Shown here piece after piece: positions 25,546-39,244 of a stretch of 64,000 nt of DNA. Where the stretch lies: positions 5,325,223 to 5,389,222 of the forward strand of contig NC_057751.1 in the NCBI RefSeq assembly GCF_004010195.1, in the 5' to 3' direction. Origin of the DNA: Chiloscyllium plagiosum (Eukaryota). A program made the translations under genes and the position numbers. Under the pieces are notes generated by a model. It was not told the DNA's origin. It saw nothing but the letters and a program-made list of their open reading frames with translations, and did not search any database. Numbering within the stretch: position 1 is the stretch's first letter; each line of letters begins with the position of its first letter.

Positions 25546-26314
25546 GGAAGCAGGTTTTAATTGGTGGGCCTTTATCCTAGCTCAACACCTCGATGAATCT
25601 CTGACCCCCTGATGGAGCAGTGCGACTGTTTGACCGGAGAGTTCATGCAATTTCCCGAAAGCAACATGTCCAAGAGAAATGTTGTTTTCAGAGTTCCTTC
25701 TGAAGGCACGAGCAGTCTACTTTGTGCAATCATTCACTGTCGCCTTAGGAAAACAACCATCTGGGTTCCAATCATTGCAATGTTCATGCTGCCCCTCCCC
25801 TCCTAATACACTGCAAATTCTCAGAAACAGTCCCTCAAATCAGTGTCTCTTCAAAAAAAAAACAGGAGCCAGCTTTCTCCTCTTCCCCCCGTCCTGCTTC
25901 CACCCCCCACAGCTGCCCTTGTCAACTCAGCTAGATTCAAAGGCTCTGTGGGTGATTAGTCATTTTTGAGAAACTTGTGTTTTGCTAAACAGCAGATTAA
26001 ACAGTTTATCTCCAACCAGACCTGAAGCATTCAGTGCCAAGTGAGATTCTGTGTCATTGGGTTTAAAAATAGTTGAGGTCTATACAACAGTGGAGTAAGT
26101 CAGTCTTTCCAGGAGCCAGTCGGCATCACCCAGCGTTGTCCTGAAAGAGCAGGAGAAAGCACCCTGGGATCTCCTGTTAACACACCGGCTCAGAGACTGT
26201 AGCACTACCCTCTCTCCTAGTGTCCAAGAACCAACCTACTGCTCACATCAAATTCGGCTCATTCTGTTTCTCTTGTCCTCGTTCTGGGGTCATTGTAGTT
26301 CATGAGGTTATGGA

Positions 26315-27140
26315 AGATGGCCAAGAGTAAGCAAATGGAGTACAGTGTGGGAAAATGTGATGTTCTTCAGTTTGGAAGGGAGAACAAAAGAACAGTATTA
26401 TTGAAATGGGCAAAACCTGCAGAAAGCTACAGTACAAAGGGACTTGGGGGTTGGGGGGGGTGCGGTTGGGGGTGGAATTGTGCATCAAACACGGAAAGCT
26501 AGCACACAGGGGCAGCAGGGAATCAGGAAGGGTTCGCCCGCACTTCAAGGCAGTTCAAGCAGTTTAAGAGTAGAGGTCGTATTGCAAGTGTACAAGGTGC
26601 TGGGGAGACCACATGTGGAGTACTGTGGGCAGTTTTGGTCCCCCTTATTTAACAAAAGATATTGTTTCACTGGAGGCAGTTCCCAGAATGTTGACACAGA
26701 TGCTCCCTGGGATGGAGGGATTCACTTCTTGGCAAAGGCAAACAGGTTGGGACTCTACTCACTGAGGTGAGGAAGGATGGAAGGTGATCTCATTGTCACA
26801 CCCAGGATTGTGAAGGGGATTGATAGGGTAACTGCTGACAGGATGTTTCCCCTGATGGGAGAATCTCCGAGCAGAGGGCACAGTCTCGGAATAAAGGGGC
26901 ATCAATTTCAGACTGAGATGAGGAAGAATTTTGTCTCTCAGAAGGTTGTGGGTCTTTGGAACTCCATGGCACAGAGAGCTGTAGGGGACAGAGTCCTTGT
27001 GGATATTGAAGGCTAAGACAGAGAGATTCTTGATCAGTCGGGGAAACAAGGGCTATGGGGAAAGGGCAGGAAAGTGGACGTGAGGAATGCTGGATCAGCC
27101 ATGATCCTATTGAATGGCAGAGGGGCTGAATGGCCTACAT
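26315..27140 (+). mobile_element. CR1-like LINE 3' part, decayed
   Basis: QMEYSVGKCDV, RPHVEYCGQFWSP and FVSQKVVGLWNS motifs. Confidence 0.85.
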
Positions 27141-27244
27141 TTCCTGTGGTCCCATGGTCCTTGGGTCTTACTTGAACACTTCAGGTGTACAGAAAGGTCC
27201 ACAGTGACTGTAAAGGACGGGGGAGAAAAGAATGTCCAGGCTCT

Positions 27245-27440
27245 GAAATTATTGGAGTCGATATTGAGTCCAGAGGGTCCTCAGGCGAAATAGGAAGTGT
27301 TGTTCTTCCAGCTTGCACTGACCTTCACTGGGGCACTGCAGCAAGCCTGAGACAGAGATGTTGGTCAGGGAACACGGTGCTGTGTTGGATTGGCAGGCAA
27401 CTGGAAGCTCAGGGTCTTTTTTGGTGGACACAACATCTAG
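27245..27440 (-). mobile_element. Penelope-like GIY-YIG endonuclease C-terminal fragment
   Basis: Minus ORF LPVACQSN...SGLLQC...CKLEEQHFLFRL resembles the recalled C-terminus of Penelope-like ORFs. Confidence 0.65.
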
Positions 27441-27992
27441 ATTGAAGGGGAAGATGGGTAAACCCATGAGGGAGGAAGGAAGAAAATCCAGGTTCTAGCC
27501 TGAGATGAAGAGAGGGTGTAGCATAAAGAGCTGCAGTGGGGCTGAATGGCCTGCACCAGCGCTGTCTTTTCTCTGTAATCTTATGGAATACTGAGGGAAA
27601 GGATAGAGCAGTGGGGATAGGTACAGATCAGTGTCATTGTACTCTTTTCAGGATTTGTTTGCCTCAGGAAGTCACCGTTAACCAGAGGTGCACACAGAAC
27701 CCTTGGCAGCTTTCTCATGGTGGAGTGCTTACAAGCGAAGAGAGTTATCTGTGGGAGGATCTGCCTGCTCTTACTCTTGTCTCACAGAGTAGCAGATCAT
27801 TGAATGTCAGTGGTACAGAGCCAGTGAGTGACCTTCCTTGAGGTTCCGAGAGAGAGAGAAGAACTCTGTGTGAGACAATCCTTCTGTCAGAACGACGTTT
27901 GGGCTTGATCACAAACCAGGGTGTCTCTGGCCAGCATTTACCGTGTGGATTTCTTATCTTGGCCAAACGGGGAATCGTTTGCCTTTAGCACA

Positions 27993-28146
27993 GAAAAACA
28001 GAGAGAGAGAGAGAGAGAAAGAGAAAAAAACAGAGAGAGAGAGAAAAAACAGAGAGAGAGAGAGTGAGAGAGAAAGAGAAAAAACAGAGAGAGAGAGAAT
28101 GAAAAACAGAGAGAGAGAAAAAACAGAGAGAGAGAGAGAGAGAGAG
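27993..28146. repeat. Compound (A)nC(AG)n microsatellite
   Basis: Direct reading. Confidence 0.95.
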
Positions 28147-29747
28147 AATGCCTGTGTTCAATTGCACACAGCCACTATGCCTGGCCCAAGCTGCTGACTG
28201 TACAGTGCCTGTAGTGTCTCTCCCTGCTTGATGTTGGAACTGCAGCATTCCTCTCTCTCTCTCTGTGTTGCCTGAGCATCTCTCAGTGATTGAAATCACA
28301 TGTGTGTCCACACTGCAGATCTCCTGTTTCAATTCCAGGCAGGAAGGGAACCAGAAGTCACATGGTATCTCTGTAACAAAACAAAACATTGTGACTGTAC
28401 CCCTGTGTGAGTCAGCCGTGTGTGCAACGCGGGCGATACGCCTGTCACACTCCTTCCAGAGGGATGGGGGTGCGGTGGGGGGAAGGGGAAAGGGAAGGAT
28501 AGACCTGAAACAATAAGGCAGCTTCAATGAACCTGGCCTGAACACTCTGCATTGCTTTTGCTGCAGTCAAGGGGCCTTTTCTGTGGTGACGCCCCACACA
28601 AACCACCTTGTCTTCAAGCAGCTATTTGCTGTCTTAAATCTTCCAACATTGCGACATTTCACTTTTAACCCTTCCCACCACTTCAGTCCCTTGAAATGAG
28701 GAGGGTGACAAATGTCATCTCTGAGGGCACATTGGGGGCCGGCAGATGATGGGCAAGATGAGGGTGTCCTCTCTGCCACCCTTGGGTGCCAAAGGGGAGG
28801 TGACCGCCTTATTACTGGGTGACTGTGTCCTTTTAGGGAAGGAAATCTTCCATCCTCACCTGGTCTGGCCTACACGTGACTCCAGACCCACAGCCAATGT
28901 GGGATGGGCACCAAATGTTGGCCTCGACAATGATTGCCCACAGCCTACAGTTGAACAAAATAACACACGGTCAGTCATAGGGCTATTGTGGCACAGGGGT
29001 AGTGTCCCTCCCTCCGGCCCAGGGAGGCCTGGGTTTGGGTCCGCCTGGCTCCCAAGGTGTGCAGGTTGACTGGGGAAGAATTTCGATTGTTGTCAGTGGC
29101 GGGATGGGAGAAGGCATGTGGGAAGGGTTCCTGCTGGTGAACCCATCAGGGTCAGGCAGCCATGAAACCCATGGGTCTGTCATCCCTGAGCTTCCTGGAA
29201 ACAACTGGAACAGTTCAATTTTTAAAAAAAAACACAAACGAACATAATGCCTTTTTAAAGGGACTGCCAAGAGGCCAGCAAAAATAAACAGTGTTAAAAT
29301 AAGCAGACTGCGTTTGCTGGATATGAAAAGGGACAGAGGGAAACAGTGAGCTGTGGCAGTGAATCAAATTGAGAGAGGAGGGGTTTGTGCTTTGTCTGAT
29401 CAGCGTTTTCATTCCCTGTGTGGGCATTGCTCTGAAGGTCAGTGGCGAAGGGTCCCTTCCGTTGGCTAACATCCACCAGGAAAGGGGATCCCACTCCCTT
29501 TCAACTGAGCAGTTTGGGACAGGGCACATTGGCATGAAGCTCGAGCCCAGACTCTCAAACTGGAGGATGTCAGGGACGGGAATGAGCTTATTCTCACAGG
29601 AACTGAGAATCAGAGGGGCGATGTTTTGTTGCAGTGGAGAATAAGTGGGATTCTTTACCTCAGAGGGCTGAGTAGGCTGGCCTGCTAAGTGTGTTCAAGG
29701 CTGGGTTTTTAATCAGTCAGGGGGAATCGAGGGGCACGGGGAAACAT

Positions 29748-30092
29748 TGGGTGACTCAGTGGTCAGCACAGCTGTCTCACAGGGCTAGGAACACGGGTTC
29801 GATTCCAGCCTCGGGCCACTGTTCCTGTGGAATTTGCACATTCTCCCTGTGTAGGCATGCATTTCCTCCAGGTGCTCTGGTTTCCTCCCACAGTCCAAAG
29901 ATGTGTACGTTAGGGTGGATTGGCCAGGCTAAATTGCCCATAGTGCTCAGGGATGTGTGGGTTAGCCATGGGAAAGGCAGGGTTATAGGAATAGGGTGGT
30001 CGGGGGGGGGTGGGGGGGGGGGGGATGCTCTTTGGGAGGGTTGGTGCACATTCGATGGGCCGAATAGCCTGCTCCCACACTTTTGGGATTCT
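29748..30092 (+). mobile_element. HE1-type V-SINE inserted in a CR1 3' fragment (~29560-30180)
   Basis: GGTTCGATTCC B-box and V-SINE core; the CR1 tail resumes after it. Confidence 0.8.
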
Positions 30093-30794
30093 AGGGAGGT
30101 GGAGCTGAGGGTGATCTGCTGTGCCGCGATCCCATTGAATGGTGGAGCAGGGCCGATGGGCTGAATGGCTGATTCCCTCACAGTTGGCACATTGAAAAGG
30201 AGGTGGCCATCTTGCAGTGGACTGGTCACTCAGGGGCACTCTGGGCACAAGGCTTCACAATCCCAGCTGTTGGAAAGACAATTCAATGAATAATAAACGT
30301 GGACTTGAAAGGCAGGCCTCGGCACAGGGACCATGACAGTGATCATTCCGATAACATCCAGAAATCTGCCCTTCTCTCTGGACTCTGAGCGTTTGCAGAT
30401 GGACAGCAATGTTGCTGACTCTGAGTCAGTTCCAGATCAAGGAGGGACAGGCCATAATGCTGGCCTTGCCAACTGGGACCTCCACTTCATGGATCAATGA
30501 AGTCAGAGTTACTGGGAAGAGCCTCCCAATCTTCGATGGGATTGACCTGTGTGACTTGGGAAAGGAATACACAAGGTGCTTTCCAGTTCACTTCCTCCCC
30601 TTGGCATGAGGGAAACATGACTCTTTATCCTGAAGGACCTTCAGTTTGCAGGTTTGAACAGTTCCACCATGGCCAGCAAGGAGTTAACGTTTCCATTGTT
30701 GGCCGGGCCGTGTAGCTCTGAGCCAGAGGATCCTTACCAGGATCTGAGGTAACACACCAAACTGCGGTGACAATCATCGCCTCCCACTTTCAAC

Positions 30795-31352
30795 ATAGAA
30801 AATAGGTGCAGGAGTAGGCCATTCGGCCCTTCCAGCCTGCACCATCATTCAGTACCACCATGGCTGATCGTGTAATCTCAGTATCCCACTCCCACTTTCT
30901 CCCTTAATCCGGTTATCTGCAAACCCCACGTCCAGCTCCATCTTGATGATATCTAAAGAATTGGCCCCACAGCAGCTTCCTGTGGGAGAGAATTCCACAG
31001 GTTCACAACTCTCTGAGTGAAGCAGCTCTTCCTTATTCTGAGACTGTGACCCCTAGTTCTGAACTTCCCCAATATCAGGAACATTCTTCCCACATCAAGC
31101 CTGACCAAACCCATCAGGATGTAAATGTTCCTCGGAGGTCCCCCCTCATTCTTTTAAATTCCAGTGAATACCAGCCCAGTCGATGCTGTCTTTCCTCACG
31201 TGTCAGTCCTGCCTTCCTGGGGATCAGTCTGGGTGAACCTTCGCTGGACTCTCTCAATGGCAAGAACGGCCTTCCTCAGACTACGAGACCAAATCTGCAA
31301 ACAATACTCAAGCTGTGGCCTCACCAAAGGCCTGTATAACTGCAATAAGACA
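30795..31352 (-). mobile_element. CR1-like LINE 3' fragment
   Basis: Reverse complement of a CR1 3'UTR (AGGAGTAGGCCATTCGGCCC) and of the region encoding the LEYC.Q.WS motif. Confidence 0.8.
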
Positions 31353-32596
31353 TCCAGTACTCAATTCCTCACTAAAATACCAGGCATTCAGTGCAGGTGA
31401 GACCGAGACCAGGCAGATGGTCTTCCACACACCCTCGCCAAGTTCTGACCGCACTGGTGAGGTGTTTCCCCCACAGGGTTTTGGTGCAGCCTGAGAGATA
31501 GCCAATCAGCAGAGGTCTCACCCTGTGGCCCCTGGGTAAACAGGGAACCAGCCCTGTTTCTGTACTCCCCAGGGTACCATGAGCTTGGGCCATCTCCCCA
31601 CTTCCTGGTGCTTGTGTGAGGAGCCACTGTTCTCGCAGGGAGTCACGATGCCAGGGAGCAGGGTGGCGGACAGGGGGTCAAGGATGAGGCTGGGTCAGAG
31701 GGTGAAGGTCACCCCTCCCCTCCCCTTCCCCCGGTTCATTAAAAGGAGTTTCTGACACATTGTTCTGGGTTTCTGTCATGTGGGGACCACCCCTGACCCA
31801 GCATGTTTGTTGGCACTGGGCTTCTGCTTGGTTAAGGTATTTCGACCCTGTCTTCAATAAAAACAGCTGAGCCCTCTCATGGTGGGAGTTACTCCCACTT
31901 CCTTTCCACTGGGAAAGAGAGGGGAAAACCCAGCGGCCGCTGGCAGCCCCCACAGAAGGAGAAAGGATGACAGGAGAGCAGGGGGAGAGAGGAAACGTCA
32001 AATCCCCTGAGGAATGAGTCCTTTTGCCATTCCCCAAATCCTCCAAATAAAGAAGGCCTTTTGGAGGAGTGAGGGGATGCAGCAATTCATGTGCAGCAGT
32101 GAAATGAGGTTGGACCCTGGAGAAACGAGCAAACGTTTCCTCAGTTTTGAAAACTTCATTCCCTGACTTTGGGATGGAATTACCCGAGAGATAGTTGGCC
32201 AGCACACCTGGCCATAGGCCCCAGCTTCTTTCTAACTTCTTTGCAGGGATAGTCAAGGAACGCCAGTGTCACGGGAACGAAACCTTTATTTGCTGCAGTG
32301 GATTTTTAAAGAATAAAATCCGCGCACACAAGCAGTGATTGCGCCACCCCCTTGAACTCGAAGGAGTTGTTTTACTCTGAAAGCTTAATCCTCAGCATGT
32401 ATATTGCAAACTTCCTGTCTCAAAGCCAGCCAACGTGTTCATTTTTCAGACCCACACAAAAACCACAAGGATTTCACTGCACGGCTTTCCAACAAAACAC
32501 TTAACTCTCTCCTCCTCTTCCCAAATCTGGCCTGGAACCTCACGGATCTCGGAATGGAGCTGCCCTGCCGATCGGTCGGGCCCAATCACCCACACT

Positions 32597-32892
32597 GGCT
32601 GGCTCAGTGGTTAGCACTGCTACCTCACAGCACCAGGGACCGGGGTTCGATTCCACCCTCGGGTGACTGTCTATGTGGGAGAATGTGCAAACTCCCAGTG
32701 TCTGTGTGAGTTTCCTCCGGGTACTCCGGTTTCCTCCCACAGTCCAAAAACGTGCAGCTTAGATAGACTAGCCAAGGGAAATGCAGGGTTACAGGGATAG
32801 GGCAGGAGGTTGGGTGTGGGTGTGTTGCTGTTTGGAATGTCAGTGTGGATTCGATGGGCTGAATAGCCTGCTTCCACACTGTAGCAATTCTG
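32597..32892 (+). mobile_element. HE1-type V-SINE
   Basis: TGGCTCAGTGG A-box, GGTTCGATTCC B-box and core. Confidence 0.85.
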
Positions 32893-33960
32893 TGGACCGG
32901 CAGTGAGCAGGAAAATAACTGCTCCATTTTATACTGTCCATTCCGAAAGAGAACACACACACACACGCACACAATATGGATCAACCTTCGGTGAAGTCAT
33001 GCAGTGACTTGCATTCATGTGGCACCTTTATGAAATCACACATTTAAAGGGAAGCAGTTGCATCTGATCACTGTAGTTCCAATCCTGAGCCCCCAAGCTA
33101 AATTTCTCAGCACACAGGGCAAATGGGTGAAATTTGAATTCACCAAAATCTGGATGAGAGAGCTGGCCTCTTGGTCAATTTTGGGGAAGCCCCATCTGGT
33201 TCACTAATGTCCTTTAGGGAAGGAAACTGCCGTGCTTACCTGGTCTGGCCTACATGTGACACCAGACCCATGGCAATGTGGTTGACTCTTAACTGCACTC
33301 TGGGCGATTATGGATGGGCAATAAATGCTGGCCTAGCCAGTAAATAATTATAAAGAAACTCACAGGGAGATAGTTTGGCATGTTGAACTTCTTTCTCTCT
33401 ATTTTTGAAATAGCGTTTTCATTGGACGTGGGGTGTCACTGGCTGGGCCACTATGTATTGCCCATCCCTGGTTGTCATTGGCATCTGCCTATCCCTAGTT
33501 GCCCCTTGAGACGGTGGTGTTGAGCTGCCTTTTTGAATCACAACAGCACCTGAGCTGCAGGTAGACCCACAATGCCCTTAGGGAGGGAATTCCAGGATTT
33601 TGACCCAGCGACAGTGAAGGGATGGTGGTATATTTCCAAGTCAAGGATATTATTGTTAGTCAAGAACAGTATTAGGATGTTTGAGGACTCCTCTACAGAG
33701 GTAGTGTGGGTTGAGGTTAGAAACAGGAAAGGAGAGGTCACCCTGTTGGGAGTTTTCTGTAGGCCTCCAAATAGTTCCAGAGATGTAGAGGAAAGGATAG
33801 CAAAGATAATTCTGGATAGGAGTGAGAGTAACAGAGTAGTTGTTATGGAGGACTTTAACTTTTCAAATATTGACTGGAAACGCTACAGTTTGAGTACCTT
33901 AGATGGATCAGTTTTTGTCCAATGTGCACGTTGGGTTTCCTGACACAGTATATAGACAGG

Positions 33961-34163
33961 AGAAAGTGAGGACTGCAGATGCTGGAGATCAGAGCTGAAA
34001 ATGTGTTGCTGGAAAAGCGCAGCAGGTCAGGCAGCATCCAAGGAGCAGGAGAATCGACGTTTCGGGCACGATTCCTGATGAAGGGCTCATGCCCGAAACG
34101 TCGATTCTCCTGCTCCTTGGATGCTGCCTGACCTGCTGCGCTTTTCCAGCAACACAGTTTCAG
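33961..34163. mobile_element. Fold-back Penelope-like pseudo-LTR insertion with 17-bp TSD
   Basis: CACAGTATATAGACAGG at 33944-33960 and 34164-34180; 75-bp inverted arms with one mismatch. Confidence 0.9.
34070..34107 (+). ncRNA. Minimal type I hammerhead ribozyme motif (Penelope-like element type)
   Basis: GATTC-CTGATGA-A-GGGC-TCAT-GCCC-GAAA-CGTC-GATTC: core boxes, 4-bp stem II, palindromic ACGT in place of helix III. Confidence 0.7.
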
Positions 34164-35603
34164 CACAGTATATAGACAGGCCAACAAGGGGCAAGGCCAC
34201 ATTGGATTTGGTACTGGGTAATGAGCCCGGCCAGGTGTTAGATTTGGAGGTAGGTGAGCACTTTGTGATAGTGACCACAATTCAGTTATGTTTACATTAG
34301 TGATGGAAAGGGATAAGTATATAACGCAGGACAAGAGTTATACCTGGGGGAAAGGCAATTATGATGTGATTAGGCAGGATTGAGGATGGGGAAGGAAACT
34401 GCAGGGGATGGGCACTCTTGAAATGTGGAGCTTATTCAAGGAACAGCTACTGCGTGTCCTTGATAAGTATATACCTGTCAGGCAGGGAGGAAGTACTCAA
34501 GTGAGGGAACAGTGGTTTACCAAAGAAGTTGAATCTCTTGTCAAGAGGAAGAAGAAGGCTTTTGTTAGGATGAGACATGAAGGCTCAGTTAGGGTGCTTG
34601 AGAGTTACAGGTTAGCCAGGAAAGACCGAATGAGAGAGTTAGGTAGAGCCAGGAGGGGATAAGAACTCTTTGGCAGGTAGGATCAAGGAAAATTCGAAAG
34701 CATTCTAGAGATATGTCAGGAATAAAAGAATGACGAGGGTTCGGGCCAGTCAAGGACAGTAGTGGGAAGTTGTCCGTGGAGTCCGAAGAGATAGGAGAGG
34801 CACTAAATGAGTATTTTTTTGTCATTATTCACACTGGCAAAAGGCAATGTTGTTGAGGAGAATACTGAGATATAGACTATTAGATGAGACAGGATTGAGG
34901 TTAATTAAGGAAGAGGTGTTAGCAATTCTGAGACATATGAAAATAGGTTAGTCCCTGGGCTGGATGGGATTTATCCTAGGATTCTCTGGGAAGCCAGGGA
35001 GGAGATTGCAGAATCTTTGGCTTTGATCTTTGTGTCGTCATTGTCGACTGGAACAGTGCCAGAATATGAGGATAGCAAATGTTGTTCCCTTATTGAAGAA
35101 GGGGAGTAAAGACAACCCTGGTAATTATAGACCAGTGAGCCCTACTTTGGTGTTGGAAAAGGATTATAAGAGATAGGATTTATAATCATCTAGAAAGGAA
35201 TAAATTGATTAGGGATAGTCAACGTGGTTTTGTGAAGGGTAGGTTGTGCCTCAGAAACCTTATTGAGTTCTTTGAGAAGGTGACCAAACAGATGGACGAG
35301 GGTAAAGCGGTTGATGTGGTGTACATGGATTTCAGTAAAGCCTTTGATAAGATTCCCCACGGTAGGCTATTGCAGAAAATACGGAGGCATGGGATTGAGG
35401 GTAATTTAGTGGTTTGGATCAGTAATTGGCTAGCTGAAAGAAGACAGAGGATGGTGGTTGATGGGAAATGTTCATCCTGAAGTTCAATTACTAGTGGTGT
35501 ACTGCAAGGATCTGTTTTGAGGCCACTGCTGTTTGTTATTTTTATAAATGACCTGGATGAGGGCGTGGAAGGATGGGTTAGTAAATTTGTGAATTACACT
35601 AAA

Positions 35604-35926
35604 GGCGGCACGGTGGCTCAGTGGCTAGCACTGCTGCCTCACAGCACCAGGGACCCAGGTTCGATTCCAGCCTCAGGTGACTGTCTGTGTGGAGTTTGCA
35701 CATTCTCCCCGTGTCTGCGTGGGTTTCCTCCGGGTGTTCCGGTTTCCTCCCCCAATCCAAAGATGTGGAGGTTCGGTAAATTGGCCCTGCCAAATTGCCC
35801 ATAGTGTTAACTGCGTCAGTCAGCAGGAAATAGGTCTGGGTGGGTTACTCTTCGGAGGGTCGGTGTGGACTTGTTGGGCCAAAGGGCCTGTTTCCACATT
35901 GTAGGGAATCTAGTCTAATCTAATCT
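35604..35926 (+). mobile_element. HE1-type V-SINE nested in the CR1 RT
   Basis: Complete head, core and (TCTAA)n tail, just after the degenerate catalytic motif (SKFVNYT where SKFADDT is expected). Confidence 0.9.
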
Positions 35927-37462
35927 CGTCTTAAATCAGTGGACAGTGCGGAAGGATGTCGCAGGTTACAGAAGGACATAGATAAGCTGCAGAGCTGGGC
36001 TGAGAGGTGGCAAATGGAGTTTAATGAGGAAAAGTGTGAGTTGATTCACTTTGGAAAGAGCAACAGGAATAAAGAATACTGGGTTACATTGTATAAATTC
36101 TTGTCGTGTCAATTAACAGAGAGATCTCGGTATCCATGTACATAGATCCCTGAAAGTTGCCACCCAGGTTGATAGGGTTGTTAAGAAGGCATACAGTGTG
36201 TTAGTTTCTATTGGTAGAGGGATTGAGTTTCGGAACCATGAGGTCATGTTGCAGCTGTACAAAACTCTGGTGTGGCCGCACTTGGAGTATTGCGTGCAGT
36301 TCTGGTTAACGCACTATAGGAAGAATGTGGAAGTGTTGGAAAGGATTCAGAGGAGATTTACTAGGATGTTGCCTGATATGGAGGGAAGGTCTTATGAGGA
36401 AAGGCTGAGGGACTTGAGGCTGTTTTTATTAGAGAGAAGAAGGTTAAGTGGTGACTTGAGACATACAAGATGATCAGAGGGTGAGACAGGGTGGGCAGTG
36501 AGTCCCTTTTTCCTCGGATGGTGATGGCTAGCACAAGGGGACATAGCTTTAAATTGAGGGGTGACAGATATAGGACAGATGTCTGAGGTAGTTTCTTGAG
36601 TAGGAAGTGGAATACCCTGCCTGAAACAGTAGTGAACTCACCAACATTAGGACATTTAAATGGTCACTGGATAAACATATGGGTGAGAAGAGAATAGTGT
36701 AGGTTAGCTGGGCTTCTGAATGGTTTCACAGGGCGGCACAACGTCGAGGGCTTAAGGGCCTGTACTGCGCTGGAATGTTCTACGTTCTAAGTCAAGATGA
36801 TGAGTGGCTCAGAGGGAGGATTTCCACAGGCTTCCCACTCTCTGGGTGTAGGCATTTCCTCTCATCTTAGTTTCAAATCATTTCCCCTGTGACCCCTGGA
36901 TTCTGGACACTGTGGTCATCAGGAACATCCTTCCTGCGTTTACCCCTGTCTAGTCCAGTTACCTCAATCCTGTTTACCTCAGTCACCTACTCTGGAACCT
37001 GGAGGGGATGGTGTTCCCATTTATCTCCTGCCCTTGTCCTTCCGGATGGAAGTGGTTGTGAGTTTGGTAAGTGCTGGCTGAGGAGACTTTGCTGCGGTGC
37101 ATCACTGAAATGAAAGGATTAGTCCCACTCTCCCAGCTCCTTTCTCACACTCCCCCACTTCACTTATCCCATTCCATTCTGTGTGGGGAAGGAAACTGGG
37201 AAATTGGGATTAGCTGAAGAACTGGCCGACTGAGTTGCTACAGGCATGAGGGACTGCGTGATGGCTTCAGCATATTTACAACGCATGAGAAATCAAAGGG
37301 ACAAATTTGGGCCAAACATGGGATTTGACAACAACAAAACTAGACAGAAATCTTGATGGAAACAGAGAGACCAGGCCCTTCCAATGTGTCAGAGCATCTG
37401 CTTTTCATGCTAACCCAACATAGATCTACCATGTTTGTTGTGTTGAGGACTTCCTAATCTGA

Positions 37463-37648
<186 letters not shown>

Positions 37649-38719
37649 TAGCACGGGAGGAGCAGCAGTCAGATTAATCAGCATGAAGTGACAAAGTAAG
37701 TAATCTCACACAACATGGGGATTCAATCAGCTGGACAGCCAAAACAGAACAAACTTTGCACAGCCCTGGGCAGTCCAAGTTACAAGCAAGGACCCTTTTC
37801 TGCGCATCAGATCAAAGTGATTTCATCTTGTTTTTGGGAACGTTATGACTGGAGGCACACTCTGTGCACTGCACAGGCAATTTCAGTGCTGCCAACAGCA
37901 CAGAGTGATTGCTTGGCTGAACCCAAACCTTCTCATTTAGTGGACGGGACACTGTGTCCAAGATCTTGAGCAATCTTTCATTTCATCTCCCTGTGCAGGA
38001 AGCACACAATATGTTTCCATTCCCAAAAGTGCGAGGAGGGTTGGGTGATTATTTTTCTGAATGAATAATTCAGATGCCTCCATTGTGAACCCAGCTTTCC
38101 ACAACTCAGTTCGCGCCTAGAAACACAGACAATAGGAACGGGAGGAGGCCATTCAGCCTGCACTGCCATTCTGTACCACTTTAACTCACTATCCAACTCA
38201 GACCCGGCTCCCGTTTTCTCTCCATACACCTTGATCCTTTCAGCCTTCAGAAATATATCAATCTCCTTCTTAAAAACTTGCCATGTTTTAGCCTCAGCTG
38301 CTTCCTGAGACAGGGATTTCCACAGGCTCCCTGCTTTCTGAGTGAAGACATCTCAGTCCCAGATGGTTTCCCCTGTGACTGTACATCTCTATGACTCTTA
38401 TGAGCCCCCGGTCATCAGGAATATCCTTGCTGTGTTTATCCCTGTCTAGTCCAGTTTTCTCAACCCTCCATATCTCAGTCACCTTTAGACTGTGATCTCT
38501 GGCTCCAGGCTACCTGCTCACATGGAACATTGTTCCTGCACTCCAGTCCGGTTCGAAGTTCATCCCCCTGAAATTCTTCATCAGTCACTGGGGAGAATGT
38601 AGAGCTGAGGCCACAGTCAGAGTCAGCCATTTACTGAAGGGTAGAGAGATCAAATAACTGTCCTGCACCTTACTCACACCTAACCACATTGAAAATAGTG
38701 AGTGAGGGAGAGGAATACT

Positions 38720-39160
38720 TCAATCCTACAGCTCCAACAAAACTCAAGAAGCTCAACACCATCCAGGACAGAGCAGCCACTTGATTGGCATTTCATCCAT
38801 TACCTTCAACATCCCCTCCCTCCCCCACCGACCCTCAGTAGCAGCAGTGTGTACCATCTACAAGACGCACTGCAGCAATTCACCAAAGTACCTCAGGCAG
38901 CACCTTCCAAACCCACAACCACTTCCATCTAGAAGGACAAGGGGCAGCAGATACATGGGAACACCACCCCCTGCAAGTTCCCCTCCGAGTCCCTCACCAT
39001 CCTGACTTGGAAATGTATCACTGTTTCTTCAGTGTCACTGGGTCAGAATCCTGGATAACCCTCCCTAACAGCACTCTCGCTGTATCTACTCCCCAAGGAT
39101 GGCAGTGGTTTAAGGCAGAAGCTCAGCTCCAACTTCTCAAGGGACAACTAGAAACTAGGG
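38720..39160 (+). mobile_element. LINE 3' fragment (second family)
   Basis: Encodes LKKLNTIQDRAA; the same family is inverted at ~33420-33645/36797-37110 and 51460-51660. Confidence 0.7.
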
Positions 39161-39244
39161 AGCACTGTCTCAGAAACTCAGACGAGCTGGGAAAGACATT
39201 TTAAAGAAAGGAGAGTCCATTCATAGTTGGTTCAGAGGTTATTG

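Larger units (their letters stand above)
33646..36788 (+). mobile_element. 5'-truncated CR1-like LINE (part of the endonuclease, RT and 3'UTR), disrupted, with nested insertions
   Basis: GVFCRPPNS and VVMEDFNF (endonuclease); [39 protein letters not shown] (RT); flanked by AAGTCAAG at 33638-33645 and 36789-36796. Confidence 0.93.

Noticed and set aside
35604..35680. tRNA-like sequences with A/B boxes (also at ~17190, 20880-20957, 29750, 32600, 39470)
   Set aside because: Heads of SINEs continuing into SINE core and tail; no complete cloverleaf
33646..36788. Potentially active LINE ORF2
   Set aside because: 5'-truncated, multiple stops and frameshifts, degenerate catalytic motif, two nested insertions
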